A DNA stretch of 64,000 nt from an uncultured virus (IMG/VR IMGVR_UViG_3300042860_000278). Taxonomy: Duplodnaviria > Heunggongvirae > Uroviricota > Caudoviricetes. The notes below the pieces were generated by a model, which saw only the letters and a list, made by a program, of their open reading frames with translations, did no database searches and was not told the DNA's origin. The stretch is from the IMG/VR virus record IMGVR_UViG_3300042860_000278, one strand, 5' to 3'. The position numbers and the translations under genes are program-made. This document shows, one piece after another, positions 1 to 9,380 of the stretch. Within the stretch, counting starts at the first letter, position 1. Each line of letters starts with the position of its first letter.

Positions 1-1
1 C

Positions 2-910
2 GAGGAGCTGGCCAAACTGATTCACTCGGTCTCGCATGGCAAGGCCAAGATTCGTATGCAAGCCTCGACTAATGCTGAGCGTGAGCACGAAGCCTCTGCC
101 TCGATGATTACGTTCTTCACGAGCAATCAGTCGATCTACAACAAGCTGGAGTCGTTGAAGGAAAGCCCGGACGGCGAGATGGCGCGTCTCATCGAGTTCA
201 GGATCAAGCAGCCTGAGTGGCTCACTGATGAAGTGGGTATCGAGTACTTCGACAAGTTCCGGTTTCACTACGGTCACGCCGGTATCGAGTTCATCCAGTA
301 CTACTTCAAGAAGGGTCAGTTATACGTCAAGGCCCTTGTAGACAAGTGGTACAAGCGGTTCAACGACCGCGTAGGTAACGACACGGGCTATCGCTTCTAC
401 CGCCATGTTGTGGCTGCGACGTTCGCGGGTGGTGAGTTGGCCGTCGAGGCTGGGATCATTGATCTGGACCTTGAGCGCATCTTCGATGCCGTCATCCTCG
501 AAGTGATTCAGTTGAAGGAAGACACGGTCAAGATCAACAAGACCGACTACCCGGGCCTACTGACAGAGTTCTTCATGGAGAACTGGGCTGGCATCCTCGT
601 GCTGGAGGAACCCGGCAAATTGATCCAGACGCCTGCGCTGGGTAAGCCTGTGATGGGTAGATCCGAGATCTTTAACAGTACGCACTACATCTCTAAGAGT
701 GCGATGAAGAAGTTCTTAGCTCCGAAGCAGGTCAGCACCCGCGAGTTTGAGGAGGCCATGAAGGCGCATGGTTTAAAGATCGACCGGCAGCGCATCATCA
801 ACAACTGCGGCGGCTGGGGCAAAGGACTTTACGACAACGCGGTTGCCGTCTATGCCATCAAGGCTAGACTGCCCGAAGAACTCTTGAGCAAGAATGAACA
901 GAATCCGTGA
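2..910 (+). CDS. DUF927-type primase/helicase, C-terminal part (runs off the window start); diverged homologue of 56319-59147
   Basis: Frame is open from base 2 (EELAKLIHSVSHGKAKIRMQAS...). Aligns by eye with the C-terminus of the 942-aa primase (NAERE, TSN, SPDGE.AR, GHAG.EFI.YY, GNDT.YRFY, ATFAG.ELA.EAGII). Confidence 0.85.
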   Translation, partial: EELAKLIHSVSHGKAKIRMQASTNAEREHEASASMITFFTSNQSIYNKLESLKESPDGEMARLIEFRIKQPEWLTDEVGIEYFDKFRFHYGHAGIEFIQYYFKKGQLYVKALVDKWYKRFNDRVGNDTGYRFYRHVVAATFAGGELAVEAGIIDLDLERIFDAVILEVIQLKEDTVKINKTDYPGLLTEFFMENWAGILVLEEPGKLIQTPALGKPVMGRSEIFNSTHYISKSAMKKFLAPKQVSTREFEEAMKAHGLKIDRQRIINNCGGWGKGLYDNAVAVYAIKARLPEELLSKNEQNP

Positions 911-1094
911 GCCGGAATGGATCTTTCCGTTTGACGGGATGAACGTGGGCGACAGTTTCTTTATCCCAACGCTGCGCCCAGCCGAGCTGCTGTTTGCTGT
1001 TGAGAATAGAGCCAAGGTGGCAGGGGTTAAGGTGAAAGCCTATCCCTCGTCCAAGGATGGACGCCTCGGCATCCGAGTCTGGCGCGTTACTTAG
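894..1094 (+). CDS. Small conserved phage protein (EPEW..PFD.M..G.SFFIPT), homologue of 59131-59340
   Basis: Overlaps the primase end; same motif and same genomic position as 59131-59340. Confidence 0.8.
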   Translation: MNRIREPEWIFPFDGMNVGDSFFIPTLRPAELLFAVENRAKVAGVKVKAYPSSKDGRLGIRVWRVT

Positions 1095-4000
1095 ACGTTA
1101 CGTACCGGAAGAGAGGATCGTAGTAAGTATCGATATCGCCCTTGTACGCTTCGTACAGACTCGACACTTGATCCATATACATATCACGGACGCCGTTCAT
1201 TTCCTTCTTGAACGCTTTACGGTCTGCAGGTGTCTCGGCATACATAGCGTAAGCGTTAGTCGCCTGTGAGACCTTATTCAACTGCGCTGTCTGCATGTTG
1301 TACATCTGCACAATAGCCGGAGCTTCTGGATACTTTTCAAGGAAACGGCGCTGGAACTCTTCGTCCGGATTGTTGATAGCCGTGTCGTAGCCGCGCTTCA
1401 GTATTTCCAGTTTCTTCCTTGCCTCGCCGTACTTGATGAGTGACGGACTGATTTTGTTACCGATAAAGCTATCTAAAAATACTGTATCAGTCTTGATGTC
1501 AAAATCTTTGACTCCCTTCGCAGCCAAGACAATGTTAGTCATGTCTGCACCGATACCCGCAAACCCGTCAGCATAAGCGGTCAAGAAGAATCGAACTTGA
1601 GCAGGATCAAATTGATAGCGGCCTAACGTTGCCTTGTTAATTGTATCCGTGATGTATCGATACATTTCTTCAACATTTTCTGAACCACCATAAGCAGGAC
1701 CGTACTTGTTATAGTAATCACGGTAAATAGTCTGCCCCGTGCCGCTCATGTTAGCGATTGATTCAAAAATAGGGCGAACAACGGTGGGGAGTGATGAGTC
1801 AAATAGCCACACCAAAGGCGCATCAGTTGGGTTATATCGAGCAATCGGCAGGGGCAAGAAACTGTCAGACGCAATAGCGGCGAGGTTACCGACCGTTTCC
1901 GAAAAAGATTGGTCAGAATTTCTAAACGCAGCGAATTGTGCACCGGCTGCACCGAAGGCTCCCATGCCGAAGCCCCACGGAAATTGGAAGTACTTATCTT
2001 TCAGAGACGGTAAGTCGAGCCAGTCGAGCGGAATACGCACATTGCGCGTCCACAGCTCCTTGCTATCCGAAGCTACCGAGTTCTTCTGCTCATCGTCATC
2101 GCCGCCCATGCCACCCAAGGAGCGAGCCATCTCGTACAGCACAAAACCCATGCCAAGCAAGAAACCCAACGTCATCTGAGCATTGCGCTTTTGCTGAACG
2201 TAGTTATTGAAATAGTTCTCACGAGCCGCTGGGTCGTTCTTAATTTCTTCCGGCAGTTCTTCTAGTACGTCACGTGCATTTCTAAATGCAGGCGCGATAG
2301 ATTCAAAAGCGCGTACAGCGCCGGTGGCCGAAGGCCCCCAGAATGCAAACAACGCCGTGGGCCATTTCTCTATACCCTTCTTTTCAAAATTTGCTGTATT
2401 TTTGGCGAAGCTCAGTGCAAAACGTTCTGCGGCTTCTCCCTTCAGTTTCTTGTCAGTCTCAGCAACAGACATGGCGCTGCGGTACGCCTGTACGCGGGCA
2501 ACGAAGTCAAACCCGTCCATCCATGAGTCAAAGACCCAATCAACGGCTTCTTTCGTTTTGTCAAACTGTTTACGAGCGATGCCTTTGTTTGAATCGTCGA
2601 GCAGTTCTTCAAATTTGTTGCGAGTCTGCCAGCTACGGACAATCGACACGCGACCGCCGCGCTCCAAGTACCGGTACGCATCGCGCACAAACGGATCACG
2701 CCATGTGTTGGTACTGGGGTTGTAACCACCAATCTTCTTAATCTTCTCCATGTTGCCGCTGTTGTAGGCTCCAGCAACACGAAGCATTTGAGGAATACGA
2801 AGCTTGCCGAATACCTCTTTGCCCACTATCGCAAAATACTTAGCGCCGTTAGCAGGTCCCAACTCGTTCGCTATGGCGGTAGAGTTGAAGACAGTATTTC
2901 TAATGAAATCATACGGTGCAAACTTGGGCTGATAACGAGTATGACCTTGACCCACAATGCTGGTAAACGTACGTATGGCAGACATGACTCGGCCTTCGGT
3001 GGTCTTCTCCGGCTCCCACTCTGGACGTAACGCTTCGATGATCTTGGGATCATTGACCTGCCAGACTTCGATGTCACCGTTCGGCAGATAGTTGTAGAAC
3101 TTGTCCTTACCGACCCACTTTTTGCCGCCCTTGCTGTCGGTCTCCTCGAAGTTGATCTCGCCCTTATAGCGATCATTGAACTTGATGACCCCGACCATCT
3201 CGCCCTTGACGTACTGTCTGCCGCTTTTGAAATTAGGCTTAATCAAGTTGATAAGTGTCGGCACGATGTCCGCACGTGCAGCGCGAGTCGCTGCCTTACC
3301 GGCGTTGATCATACTCATCATGATCGGGCTATCAGGTGCACTTTCACGACCACGGAAACCCGGCAGGATTTCGTTCGGTACAGTATTTAAATAGAGGACC
3401 TGATTCTTTTTCTCGACGCTGGGTTTGACTTTACCCATCAACGGAACGTACTTGTCCCAGCCGTAGAGCTTGATCAAATTCTTCGCAGGCTGCGTCAGGT
3501 GATTAGCTTCAGCATTGAACTGCTGCGTCACCTTGTCGAGTTGAATCAGTGCCTCACGTACAGCCTTGATCTCGTTGCCGTACAGCTTCATCTCCTGCGC
3601 CATTTGACGCAAGATTCCGTTGTTAGTCTCGTAGTCCCAATCTTGGATGATGTCGTACGCAGGATCTTCGTAATCGACCGGACGCTTACCCGGTTTACGA
3701 GCTTCGCCCTTACGATCCAACTGGCCATACGAAGCGCCCAGCGGATCAGCGTACTTGTCAGCATCGGCAGACTTACGTGGCTTGCCGTCCGGCCCGATCT
3801 CAATACCTGCTAGCTGCAGCAGCCGTGCATAGATGGCGTCACGGGTTGCACCGTCCAGTTCTTGGTTCGTCTGCACGGAATCGATCAGCATGTCGCGAAG
3901 CTGCGCGTAACTGATCAGTTTGTCGCTGCCCTTCAGCCTGACGGACGGCGTGGTCTTCAGTGGCTTCTCTTTGAGGTAATTGGTCAGCCGACGCTGGTCG

Positions 4001-7000
4001 CTTGTCTCAGCGATGAAGAACATGTCGAGCTTGTCGAGGGCGTCAACAAACTTGAGTCCTGTCTTTGCCTGATAGGCTGTGTACGCCTTGATGACGTTCT
4101 GCATCAACGGCGCGATGATCTTTTCTTTTACGTCGTACTTGCCCGCCGACTCATCGTTGGCTGCAGCAAGAGTGTTGCCACCGTTCTGACCGGAGGCCCA
4201 GTTAGCCACTTCAGCCCGATCCATGTCACGCTGCAAAACGCGAACGTTGATCAAACTGTCTTGATACTTACGGATGATCTCTTGGATTCCTTCCTGCGAC
4301 GTTCTGTTCTTGATGAGACCACGGAACGTCAGGCGCTCAGCTTCAAATCCCTGCCGACGCTTTCTCACTTGCTCCAGCGGATCGACTTTCGGCTTGGGTG
4401 TCTTCTCGGCTTCTTTTGCCGCCAGCGGACTGACACCAGTTATCCCCTCTTCTACGGGGGCGGAAAGGATTTCACTGAACGCTTGACCGGTAACGTCGAG
4501 CGCCGACATGCCATCTGACTTGACCGTAACGCCAAACATGTTGGCCACGGCTTTGACGAACTCCGTCCACAGATTCTTAATGCCATTCGGCAGTGGGACT
4601 TCAATCCGCGCAAGGCGAGCCTGAAACATCGGCGAAGTCATGCCGTATGCAACGAACTCGTAGACGCTATCGAAGGCAGGCTCGTACTCACGAACCAACG
4701 AGATGTCGCCCGTCTGCTGCATGACCAAGTCGTACACGCCGATCAGACGCTCAGCACCTAGTCTCTGCTCCGGAGTCAGTTTGCTCTTGTCTAGTTCGTA
4801 CTGCCGTAGTACCCGCACGGTGCCCGCATGGACCAGCTCGTGCATGACAGCGCCGCCGTTAATTTTGTCGCGGCGAACGTAGATCGTGTTGTTAGCCGGA
4901 TCGTACTCAGCGTATTTGTGTTCGTCTTTAAGACGTTTAAATGTCTCAAGGTTGGCACCCGGCGTAGCTTCGGTTTGGACTTTGACGTTACCGAAATCGA
5001 CACTGTTGAGTTTGCGGGCTACCGCCGTGAAGACCGGACGGTATGCTTCCATCCGCTTCGGCACCATGTCCACAGCCGCACGCTTATCAACCAAAAGCTG
5101 CGTTACAGTCTTGAGGTCGTTGCCTTCCAACGCCCCGCGCATTTCAAGCGCATACTTGGGTAGGAGTTCTTCATCGCTGAGCTTACGGTCGTAGCTGTCG
5201 CGCAGCGAATTAGCGATGCGGTCTTGCTCAATCTGACGCTGGGCACGGTCAAGGGCGACGCCTTCTTGTGTTCTGAGACGCTGCTCACGCAGGTCCATGC
5301 CGCGACCAGACTGATCGGACTCAATCTTTTCTGCAGAGTCTTCAAACCGGTCAAGGATTTCCTCGGCCTGCTTGAGGATGAGTTCGTAGCCTTCTGGATT
5401 ACGTACTGGGTTGGCTTCACGAGCCTGAGTACGAAGGCGATTGACGATGATCGGAGTCGCACGGCGAGCCGTGACCAGACCTTCAATACGACGCAGAACG
5501 GACTCATACCGCTCTAGCGGGGTCTCGACAGTCTGCTTCTCTAGTGCAGGGGTTCGGTCACCGCTTCCAGTAACAGATCGGTTAGTAGCGTCTGTAACAT
5601 TTCCCACTCCCTCGTTGAGAGTTCCCGGAGTTGCGGCTTCTGCGGCGGTGACGGGTTCTCCTGATACAGGTGCAGCAGCGCGTCCTCTACGTCCTCTAGG
5701 CTTAGCCTCGACAGGAGCCGCAGCAGTTGGGGCGGATACTGCGGGTTCTGCATCGATATCTGCCGTCGCGAGTGTTTGCTGTAGGACACGGTTTTGCTCC
5801 GCTTCTATGGCGTCATAATCTACTACGGTTTCTTCGGGGGCAGTAGTCGGTGTCGGAGGAGTAGGTTCCGCTGTAACTGTTGGCTCAACTGCCGCCGCTG
5901 CTTCCGGTTCAGTCGCCCTAATCTTCTCAACAACAGACTCAAACTTCTGTGCGGTCTCGCTTTCTGGAGCCGGTTCAACTTCTTCAAACTCTGCCAGCAA
6001 CTGCTCACGCGAAGGCGGTGCAGCCTCACCTTCTGCAACAGGTGGAGCGGGCGGAGCAGGAGTCGCTTCTGGAGCAGGCGTCGCCTCCGGCGTAACTTCT
6101 GGCGGTGCTTCTGGTGGAGCTTCCGGCTCAGGTCCGAGACGTCGAGTAGCCAACTCACCAAGGCCACCAAGCCCAGCCCCTGCTAGTGCTTCTAACGTTC
6201 CGGCACCGACAGCGCCACGGAATGTGGGGACATCTACGCCTTCACGCTGCAGGGCGATATTCTGAGCAACTTGCTCTTGACCTGCTTGAATCGCTTCCGG
6301 CGCGGCTTCTTGGGCTGCTGCCTTCAGTACGGTCTTTTTGCCGATGTCGCCAGCAATTGCTTTGGCTACGTTGGATTCAATACCGAACCGGCCCGCAGCA
6401 CCACCAATCACGGTGCCTAGCAGGATCTGATCAAGGTTCTCGCCACCGTACTCTTGCGCCAGTATGGCCTTCTTTTCGGCATCTTCTGGTGACGCGCCAA
6501 GGTCAGTAAGAGTCTGCTTGACCTCGTCATAGATCGAACTTTTGACTGTGCCCGCGCCCATGACGGCACCAACACCAGTCGAAGCAAGGAGTGCCGGGGC
6601 TTTGAGCAACTGAGCCGCAAGACCGCCCGCAAGCGTCGGAGCCGCAGTACCTGCAGCCTGAGCGATGAAGTCAACCGGTGCCGTACCAAACGCTTCGAGT
6701 GCCGCTATGACTTGAGTACCAACGCCCTTGTCTTCGGCTTCCTTCATGATCCGAGCAATTTCTTGCTGGTCATTCTTGGCTTGTGCGCTGAGCAGTCCCT
6801 GCAGGTAGTTCTCTACACCGCGAATATTTTGAGAGACCGGATTGTCGGCACCGAACGCATCCGAAATGAGACGAACGCCAGTCGCTATGCCGGTCGCGAA
6901 CTGAACGGGTACATCCGCTGCTTGACGGAGAAAGCCAGACTCTTCGGGGGCTGCGTAGCCAATTTTTCCCGCAAACTCGTCAAAAGGAAGGTCGCTGTAA

Positions 7001-7089
7001 TACTTGCGATGCAGTCCTTCGGCGAGCTGTTGATCCGACAGATCTTTGTACTGCGGATACTGGCTACGGATTTCTGCAAGCGTGGGCAT
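1087..7089 (-). CDS. Giant (2000 aa) putative internal virion/ejection protein with a zincin-like HExxH motif
   Basis: Last gene of the structural operon. HELVH at 4828-4842, Pro/Ala/Glu-rich linker, C-terminal region homologous to 59333-64000. Confidence 0.75.
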   Translation of the reverse strand: MPTLAEIRSQYPQYKDLSDQQLAEGLHRKYYSDLPFDEFAGKIGYAAPEESGFLRQAADVPVQFATGIATGVRLISDAFGADNPVSQNIRGVENYLQGLLSAQAKNDQQEIARIMKEAEDKGVGTQVIAALEAFGTAPVDFIAQAAGTAAPTLAGGLAAQLLKAPALLASTGVGAVMGAGTVKSSIYDEVKQTLTDLGASPEDAEKKAILAQEYGGENLDQILLGTVIGGAAGRFGIESNVAKAIAGDIGKKTVLKAAAQEAAPEAIQAGQEQVAQNIALQREGVDVPTFRGAVGAGTLEALAGAGLGGLGELATRRLGPEPEAPPEAPPEVTPEATPAPEATPAPPAPPVAEGEAAPPSREQLLAEFEEVEPAPESETAQKFESVVEKIRATEPEAAAAVEPTVTAEPTPPTPTTAPEETVVDYDAIEAEQNRVLQQTLATADIDAEPAVSAPTAAAPVEAKPRGRRGRAAAPVSGEPVTAAEAATPGTLNEGVGNVTDATNRSVTGSGDRTPALEKQTVETPLERYESVLRRIEGLVTARRATPIIVNRLRTQAREANPVRNPEGYELILKQAEEILDRFEDSAEKIESDQSGRGMDLREQRLRTQEGVALDRAQRQIEQDRIANSLRDSYDRKLSDEELLPKYALEMRGALEGNDLKTVTQLLVDKRAAVDMVPKRMEAYRPVFTAVARKLNSVDFGNVKVQTEATPGANLETFKRLKDEHKYAEYDPANNTIYVRRDKINGGAVMHELVHAGTVRVLRQYELDKSKLTPEQRLGAERLIGVYDLVMQQTGDISLVREYEPAFDSVYEFVAYGMTSPMFQARLARIEVPLPNGIKNLWTEFVKAVANMFGVTVKSDGMSALDVTGQAFSEILSAPVEEGITGVSPLAAKEAEKTPKPKVDPLEQVRKRRQGFEAERLTFRGLIKNRTSQEGIQEIIRKYQDSLINVRVLQRDMDRAEVANWASGQNGGNTLAAANDESAGKYDVKEKIIAPLMQNVIKAYTAYQAKTGLKFVDALDKLDMFFIAETSDQRRLTNYLKEKPLKTTPSVRLKGSDKLISYAQLRDMLIDSVQTNQELDGATRDAIYARLLQLAGIEIGPDGKPRKSADADKYADPLGASYGQLDRKGEARKPGKRPVDYEDPAYDIIQDWDYETNNGILRQMAQEMKLYGNEIKAVREALIQLDKVTQQFNAEANHLTQPAKNLIKLYGWDKYVPLMGKVKPSVEKKNQVLYLNTVPNEILPGFRGRESAPDSPIMMSMINAGKAATRAARADIVPTLINLIKPNFKSGRQYVKGEMVGVIKFNDRYKGEINFEETDSKGGKKWVGKDKFYNYLPNGDIEVWQVNDPKIIEALRPEWEPEKTTEGRVMSAIRTFTSIVGQGHTRYQPKFAPYDFIRNTVFNSTAIANELGPANGAKYFAIVGKEVFGKLRIPQMLRVAGAYNSGNMEKIKKIGGYNPSTNTWRDPFVRDAYRYLERGGRVSIVRSWQTRNKFEELLDDSNKGIARKQFDKTKEAVDWVFDSWMDGFDFVARVQAYRSAMSVAETDKKLKGEAAERFALSFAKNTANFEKKGIEKWPTALFAFWGPSATGAVRAFESIAPAFRNARDVLEELPEEIKNDPAARENYFNNYVQQKRNAQMTLGFLLGMGFVLYEMARSLGGMGGDDDEQKNSVASDSKELWTRNVRIPLDWLDLPSLKDKYFQFPWGFGMGAFGAAGAQFAAFRNSDQSFSETVGNLAAIASDSFLPLPIARYNPTDAPLVWLFDSSLPTVVRPIFESIANMSGTGQTIYRDYYNKYGPAYGGSENVEEMYRYITDTINKATLGRYQFDPAQVRFFLTAYADGFAGIGADMTNIVLAAKGVKDFDIKTDTVFLDSFIGNKISPSLIKYGEARKKLEILKRGYDTAINNPDEEFQRRFLEKYPEAPAIVQMYNMQTAQLNKVSQATNAYAMYAETPADRKAFKKEMNGVRDMYMDQVSSLYEAYKGDIDTYYDPLFRYVTSK

Positions 7090-7090
7090 T

Positions 7091-8356
7091 TTATCGACGG
7101 ATACCTAATGGGTCGCTCTGTGAAGGAGCGGCTGCACCATCTTGCATACCGGGAATAATGTCAGCAAGTTCTGGGTTATTTGCTCTGAACTGTTCTCTTT
7201 CCGCGATAGCATCTTGTAGCGCCTGCTGAAGCTCTGCTTTATCTGGGCCGAAAGTCTTCGGAAGCATTTTCTGAAGGTCAGTAATACGCTTCGTCATAGT
7301 ATTGTACGTATTGATTAGGTTTTTAGTGCTGCCACTCGTTTTACCTGTCAGCAGTGCATACGCATCTTCTGGAGATATATTTGGATCGTTTGCGATCCGT
7401 TTAGCGAGTGTACCTGTAAGCGCCTTGAGTCCGCCCGGATCGGCATTCGCCTGCGCGATCATTGTCCGTCGCATCGCAGCCTGATCTTCTCGACGACCTG
7501 TCTCTTCCCAAATCTTCATGCCGGTCTCAAGGGCCTGCTCACGACCTTGGGTGTAAAGCTGATTCGCAGTCTTGTAGTCGCCTTCCTTGCGGAGCTGCTC
7601 CGCTTCCAACATCTTGAGGCCCGCATCTTGAGCTTCCTTCTGCAGATTGCGAAGTCTCTCGTTGGTGGCACGTTGGGCCTTGGTATAACCCGAGCCTGCC
7701 TTACCCAAAGATGTCGCAAACGTCGCGCCGGGATCAGCAGCGGCAGCGGCCAGATTGAAGAAAAACTCAGCACGGTCGAGCTTACGCTCTTCGGCTTCTT
7801 GGCCCGGAAGGGCACGTTGCATCTCAGCCGCTCGTGCTTTCTGCGCTTTGGCTAACTCGCCGTACTGACCGAGGCCATACTTTTTAGCAGCCTCTTCGCT
7901 AGCTTCCATTCGCTCGTCAACAAACTCGCCTTGCGGTCTACCGTACTGGCCGTAGTACTCCATCAAATTTTTGACGTAGTTAGGATCAGACGGGTCCATC
8001 GGAGGAGCAGCCGACACGCCACCCTGCTGGAACGCAACGATACCGCCGCCAGCAAATGACGGAGCCTCCATCGCTCCTGCATCCATACCACCCAAGCCCT
8101 GCTCCATCGGCTCGCGCACGTTCTCCAGCATGTTGAGCTGGTCACGCAAAGTGCCGCCTTCCGGCATCTGGCGCTGCGGTTCTTTGAGACGTTGGAACTG
8201 TTTCATCATGGAGTAGAGGTCCGTCAACGGCGCAACCCCATCCACTGCCATACTTTTGACATAAGCAACGGCTTGTTCAGGCGGCATCCCTTTCTGGATG
8301 GCCTGCTGGAGCGAAGTCATCATCGTTCGCCCGGTTTCGCTGACTGGACCGATCAT
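7091..8356 (-). CDS. Putative internal virion/ejection protein
   Basis: Helical Ala/Gln/Glu-rich 421 aa, in the usual ejection-protein position; FAGGG and FQQGG motifs. Confidence 0.6.
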   Translation of the reverse strand: MIGPVSETGRTMMTSLQQAIQKGMPPEQAVAYVKSMAVDGVAPLTDLYSMMKQFQRLKEPQRQMPEGGTLRDQLNMLENVREPMEQGLGGMDAGAMEAPSFAGGGIVAFQQGGVSAAPPMDPSDPNYVKNLMEYYGQYGRPQGEFVDERMEASEEAAKKYGLGQYGELAKAQKARAAEMQRALPGQEAEERKLDRAEFFFNLAAAAADPGATFATSLGKAGSGYTKAQRATNERLRNLQKEAQDAGLKMLEAEQLRKEGDYKTANQLYTQGREQALETGMKIWEETGRREDQAAMRRTMIAQANADPGGLKALTGTLAKRIANDPNISPEDAYALLTGKTSGSTKNLINTYNTMTKRITDLQKMLPKTFGPDKAELQQALQDAIAEREQFRANNPELADIIPGMQDGAAAPSQSDPLGIRR

Positions 8357-9366
8357 CGCCCCAACCCTCCAAAGAGCGTGGCAAGGCCACCTGCACCGCC
8401 AATCGTAGAGGCAAGGAAGTTAGGCGGTTGCTGATAAATGTTTGTCGTCGTCGCCGAAGCAGGCGTACCGCGCAGGATGTCCGACATGAACCCAAGCTGA
8501 CGATACGGAGCCTGCTGCTCGTCGATGAACTGCTGATAGAGCGCGGAGAGTCTGCGCTGCTCCAAGTCTTGTCCTTGCTGACCGGCACCAAACTGCGCTT
8601 GCAAGATACCTTGGCGCTGAGCCTGAGTCGCTCCGCCGATGTCAGCCAATTGACGCGCTGCAGCCAACTGCTGCTGAAGTCCAGTAAAGCCAAGATTGGC
8701 ACCAAACTGCCGTGACTCTTCACCCAACTGAGCGCCAGCCAGTCCATATTGAGCGCGAAGCTGAGCATCTTGTGCAGCCTGCTGTTGCGCCTGCTGGAAT
8801 GCGTTCTGTAGTCCCGTGGCCTGAATGTTTTGCAACTGCTCGTTAAGATTACGTTGCCCTTCCGCTTGAAGCAGTGCCTCACGAGTACCGCCACGACCAC
8901 CCACTCGGGCTGCGGCTGCACCCATGCCCGGAATCTGCCTTCTGTAATCTTGAACTGCTTGCGACTTTTGCTGCTCAACAACGCCCTGCATGTATGGCGA
9001 CATGTAGGACTGGATCATCCCGGGACGCTGCATGGGTGAACGATAAAATTGTCCGGGTTGAAAAGCGTTGTATCGCCCCATGTTTTGAGCTTGCAGCGCA
9101 GCCAAACCCGTAAAGCCCGTGGCCTGCCCCATTTCCGGAGCAACATCCATACGGGCCACATCTCTCATGGCCTGTTCTTGGAGCGGGTTGAATCCGGCGA
9201 CTAGCCTTCCACCGTACGGGGTGTACTGCGGTGTATACAGTCCAGTTTTTGGATCGTAGATGGGTTCCGTCAGCGCCTGAGCGCGACCGAGAAGCTTAGT
9301 GGCGTATTCCTTGGCCCACTCGGGGATGTTGGAGGTGACGCTATATTGAGTAGTTGGCTCTGCCAT
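8353..9366 (-). CDS. Putative DNA-ejection (pilot-like) protein
   Basis: Gln/Ala/Gly-rich 337 aa with a hydrophobic Gly-rich C-terminus; GGAGG SD upstream. Confidence 0.6.
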   Translation of the reverse strand: MAEPTTQYSVTSNIPEWAKEYATKLLGRAQALTEPIYDPKTGLYTPQYTPYGGRLVAGFNPLQEQAMRDVARMDVAPEMGQATGFTGLAALQAQNMGRYNAFQPGQFYRSPMQRPGMIQSYMSPYMQGVVEQQKSQAVQDYRRQIPGMGAAAARVGGRGGTREALLQAEGQRNLNEQLQNIQATGLQNAFQQAQQQAAQDAQLRAQYGLAGAQLGEESRQFGANLGFTGLQQQLAAARQLADIGGATQAQRQGILQAQFGAGQQGQDLEQRRLSALYQQFIDEQQAPYRQLGFMSDILRGTPASATTTNIYQQPPNFLASTIGGAGGLATLFGGLGR

Positions 9367-9380
9367 TTAAATGTCCTCCA

